From: Candidatus Eiseniibacteriota bacterium
GTDB lineage: Bacteria; Eisenbacteria; RBG-16-71-46
Direction: 5' to 3'
Assembly (NCBI GenBank): GCA_963717505.1
Contig: OY970342.1
Coordinates: forward strand, 2,848,001-2,912,000
Length of the DNA: 64,000 nucleotides
Made by a program: the position numbers and the translations under genes. Of this stretch, positions 61,223-64,000 are shown in pieces. The notes below the pieces were generated by a model. It had not been told where the DNA came from, ran no database searches, and saw nothing but the letters and a program-made list of their open reading frames with translations. Position 1 is the stretch's first letter, and every line of letters begins with the position of its first letter.

Positions 61223-62398
61223 TCAGCGGAGCCGCACAAACCGACGCGACTGCCGTTCCGGGCCGGATCCGGCCACAAGCAGGTAAAGCCCCGCGGGTGC
61301 AGGCCGGCCACTCGAATCGAGTCCGTCCCAGCTCAGCTCGTGCGGCCCGGGCGTGAACACGTCGTCTGCGATCAGGCGCAGCCTGCGACCCTCGACGTCG
61401 ACGACCTCGACGCGCATGCGCCGTGGGTCGGGCACGTCGAGCCGGAACCGGACCGTGCCGCGATTCGGGTTCGGCATGGGCGCCGAGAGCCGTGCGCCGC
61501 TGGGCTGCGGGTCCGGAAGGCCCGCAACCGTGTTCTCGACGACGAAGTACTGCTGTCCCGGAACGCCATCGAGATCCACGCTGGATGCAGGACCAAGGGC
61601 GCAGGTGCCGGGCGGAACCGGGCCGAGGAGCTGGTTGGAGATCTCGACATCCAGCCCCGACGGGCGCGCGAGCAGCACGCAGATCCGGAACGGACCGGTG
61701 GGATCCCCGAGCGCGGCTAGCGGCACGGCCCATTCGAGTCCGCTCGTGACCCCGCTTCCCGAAGACGCGTTGCAACCTGCGTCGACGCCTCCTGTGTTCG
61801 AGCGATCGAAGCTGGCGAGGATGCCGTGGGGATTGACCGCGCCGGGGCCGACGAGAGTGCCTGGGGGCCCCAGCACCCCCCGGCCGAGGAAGGAGCCTGT
61901 GGCGCCGCCGACAGACGGCAGTTCCGCGAAGTAGGCCGGAAACCCGGCGGCGTCGCGGGCCACGGCGAGCCAGTAGTCGGGGGCGAACTCGGCGTCGAAC
62001 GTGAGCTCCGCCACGCTTTGAAGCGTCACCCAATCCTGCGGGCTCGAGTTGTCGTCGCTCAGGCTGTTCTGGCCGCCGGATCGCGTGTCGACGAACACAT
62101 GCAGCTGCGCCACCGGGTAGAGGAACTCGCTGTAGAAGCGATTAAGGCTGCCCGCGATGAACAGGAACAGCTTGCCGTCCTCGACCAGCACGTACGCGGC
62201 GTCCAGCTCGGATCCGGGGGAGATTTCGTACTGGTAGTCGCCGAGACTCGTCTGTGTCGATTGGACGCTCAACGGCTCGCCATAGGTGGCGTCGAGGATC
62301 CCATCCACCACCGGCGCAGCACTGGAGTTGGCGACCGGAGCGAGCAGCGCCACGCCGTAGAGGAGGACGCGAAGTCGATGCCCTGATGCCGTCCCCAT
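61223..62398 (-). CDS. Secreted protein with FlgD-Ig/CTD domain
   Basis: Signal peptide; VDG.LD..YG, GSELDAAY, SNQ.LG motifs; PNP..WDG..GLY C-terminus. Confidence 0.82.
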   Translation of the reverse strand: MGTASGHRLRVLLYGVALLAPVANSSAAPVVDGILDATYGEPLSVQSTQTSLGDYQYEISPGSELDAAYVLVEDGKLFLFIAGSLNRFYSEFLYPVAQLHVFVDTRSGGQNSLSDDNSSPQDWVTLQSVAELTFDAEFAPDYWLAVARDAAGFPAYFAELPSVGGATGSFLGRGVLGPPGTLVGPGAVNPHGILASFDRSNTGGVDAGCNASSGSGVTSGLEWAVPLAALGDPTGPFRICVLLARPSGLDVEISNQLLGPVPPGTCALGPASSVDLDGVPGQQYFVVENTVAGLPDPQPSGARLSAPMPNPNRGTVRFRLDVPDPRRMRVEVVDVEGRRLRLIADDVFTPGPHELSWDGLDSSGRPAPAGLYLLVAGSGPERQSRRFVRLR

Positions 62399-62504
62399 GC
62401 GGGCGAGGTTATCAGATGAGCGAGCGGGCCGAACCGACGAACTACGATGTTGCTCGCCTCCGATCGGTGGCTTCTCGGCGGAGGCGGCGCGGCGCCGATC
62501 CCAT

Positions 62505-62591
62505 GTGGCGTCCTCAACGGGCGCGGATTCGAACCGCTTGGCGGCGTGGCTTCGCGGGATGGATGTGCTCCGTCGTGTTTTGGCTGTGTAG
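62505..62591 (+). repeat. att-like element copy B
   Basis: TGGCGTCCTCAACGGGcgcggATTCGAACC; reads VASSTGADSNRLAAWLRGMDVLRRVLAV*. Confidence 0.8.
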
Positions 62592-62601
62592 CTGTCCCCG
62601 C

Positions 62602-62630
62602 TTGCGCATAGTAACGGCCCGCGTTACTAT
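62602..62630 (+). promoter_or_regulatory. higBA promoter with operator palindrome
   Basis: TTGCGC-17 nt-TACTAT; perfect inverted repeat ATAGTAACG-gcccg-CGTTACTAT at 62608-62630. Confidence 0.8.
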
Positions 62631-62636
62631 CGAACG

Positions 62637-62918
62637 GTGATTCGGAGCTTCCGAGGCAAGGACGCCCACCGGCTCTTCAACCGCAGCCCTGTCCGGAGGC
62701 TCGGGGCGGACGTTCAGCGCATCGCGCTACGCAAGCTAAGGCAGCTCGATGCTGCGGTTGCGCTGGAAGACCTTCGCGTTCCACCGGGCAATCGCCTCGA
62801 GAGACTCCGCGGTGATCGGGCCGGGGAGTGGAGCATCCGGATCAACGACCAGTGGCGCATCTGCTTCCGCTGGGAGGGAGGCGATGCTCATGACGTGGAG
62901 ATCGTGGATTACCACTGA
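62637..62918 (+). CDS. higB: HigB/RelE-family toxin
   Basis: MIRSF, LRVPPGNRLE.L.G, SIRINDQWRICF, VEIVDYH. Confidence 0.95.
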   Translation: MIRSFRGKDAHRLFNRSPVRRLGADVQRIALRKLRQLDAAVALEDLRVPPGNRLERLRGDRAGEWSIRINDQWRICFRWEGGDAHDVEIVDYH

Positions 62919-62930
62919 ACTGGAGAGCTC

Positions 62931-63236
62931 ATGGCGACCAAGAAACTGACGCCGATTCATCCGGGAGAGATCCTGCTGGAGGACTTTCTCGAGCCACTGG
63001 GCTTGTCTCAGTACCGGCTAGCAAAGGGACTCAACGTTCCGGCCAGGAGAATCAACGAGATCGTCCTTAGGAAGCGCGCGATTACCGCCGACACGGCCTT
63101 GCGACTGGCGCGTTTCTTCGGAACCTCTGATCGGTTCTGGCTGAATCTCCAGGCAGCCTATGATCTCGATGTCGAGCGTGATCGCCTGGCTGGGCGGCTC
63201 CAGCGTGAGGTGGAAGTGCTGCGGCGCGCGAGCTAA
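62931..63236 (+). CDS. higA: HigA antitoxin (XRE HTH)
   Basis: IHPGEILLEDFL, ITADTALRLARFFGTS..FWLNLQ..YDL. Confidence 0.95.
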   Translation: MATKKLTPIHPGEILLEDFLEPLGLSQYRLAKGLNVPARRINEIVLRKRAITADTALRLARFFGTSDRFWLNLQAAYDLDVERDRLAGRLQREVEVLRRAS

Positions 63237-63242
63237 GAGTCG

Positions 63243-63335
63243 CTGGCGTCCCCAACGGGCGTGGATTCGAACCACCTCATCGGTTGGCTTCACGGAATGT
63301 ATTCCCTCCAGAGGTCTCTGGAGACTGCTGCGTGA
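63243..63335 (+). repeat. att-like element copy C
   Basis: TGGCGTCCCCAACGGGcgtggATTCGAACC; reads LASPTGVDSNHLIGWLHGMYSLQRSLETAA*; contains the CTCCAGAG-gt-CTCTGGAG hairpin. Confidence 0.8.
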
Positions 63336-63382
63336 GGGGTTGCCAGACACCACTTCCCGGGAGATCGCCTGTTGTGCCCCAT

Positions 63383-64000
63383 CTAGTGGCGAGTTGGCTC
63401 GGATGGCGATGGTCGGGGCTTCGTGACCTGGATGATGAGCGGCTTGGTTGTCACGTAGCCTCGCCAAAGTCGCTCGAGTGGGAGATCTTTGCCCCGCAGT
63501 GGCAGGAATTCGCCGACTCCGAGTTCGAAGCGAATGCCGTATCGCCCCGCCTCTCCGAAGCACTGGCCGACGGCGCCATTACGATCGACGACGTCTTGAC
63601 GATCAGCGCCGCGCACGGGAGCTGCCGAAAACACATCCCAATCGCAGGCTGGACCAAGGTTCATGTCGAAGCGCCCTCGACCGAACCTGACGGGGTACAC
63701 AAGGCTATCGCCTGGACTCAGTGAGACGAAATCGGACTTGGAAAGTGTCCGCCCCAGGGAGTAGGCAATGCTTGGCTCCAAGACGCATCGGCGAGCCGAT
63801 GTAGCCCCCCAGACACGGACACGGAGATCCCATTCCCCTTCCTCTAGCATCTGCTCTGGCTTCGGGCGAAGGAGGACCAACGTATCCGACCCCGCGTTCA
63901 AGAACACGAGATTGAGATCGATCGCTTCACCCGCTGCGAAAACCGTGGTCGGTGTTCGGACGACCAACTGAAGCGACTGGGAGGTCGTCGCAGGCGTGAC
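63383..64000 (-). CDS. Hypothetical Ig-like-fold protein, 5'-partial
   Basis: Frame open to the window edge; F..GE.I.L, N.G.D.L, L.PGDS, GRY pattern. Confidence 0.6.
   Translation of the reverse strand, partial: VTPATTSQSLQLVVRTPTTVFAAGEAIDLNLVFLNAGSDTLVLLRPKPEQMLEEGEWDLRVRVWGATSARRCVLEPSIAYSLGRTLSKSDFVSLSPGDSLVYPVRFGRGRFDMNLGPACDWDVFSAAPVRGADRQDVVDRNGAVGQCFGEAGRYGIRFELGVGEFLPLRGKDLPLERLWRGYVTTKPLIIQVTKPRPSPSEPTRH

Noticed and set aside
63243-63275. Functional tRNA genes at the TTCGAA-containing repeats (also 48092 and 62505)
   Set aside because: Only the 3' acceptor/T-arm fragment matches, the T-loop is displaced by 5 nt, and no D arm, anticodon arm or 5' acceptor strand is present.
48092-63335. 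Classical integron or CRISPR array
   Set aside because: No GTTRRRY/RYYYAAC attC hairpins or intI were seen; the repeats are kilobases apart and diverged, with no cas genes.

Overview
GC-rich bacterial chromosomal segment (roughly 65-70% GC by eye), densely coding with about 58 CDS and no complete rRNA, tRNA, CRISPR array, transposase or integrase. Eight secreted proteins carry a C-terminal FlgD-Ig/T9SS-CTD-like domain, which suggests an FCB-associated lineage such as Ca. Eisenbacteria (inference). Other content: two Hanks kinase-TPR proteins, MgtC/DUF4010, an APC permease plus cstA, an ElaB-YqjE-YqjK operon, a PadR operon, mntR-mntH, a TonB/ExbBD-Pal-MltF cluster, a DEAD-box helicase, peptidases and higBA. 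Main discoveries: (1) three intergenic copies (48092, 62505, 63243) of an element made of a reverse-complemented tRNA-Glu 3' end fused to a conserved, start-less 28-30 codon peptide tail; they delimit integrase-less segments, one of which is only a higBA module, suggesting a tRNA-anchored tandem cassette array; (2) a circularly permuted PafA-type alkaline phosphatase; (3) a conserved leader with an RBS-sequestering hairpin upstream of two paralogous secreted-protein genes; (4) widespread leaderless-type promoter architecture. All family assignments come from motif recognition, not database searches.
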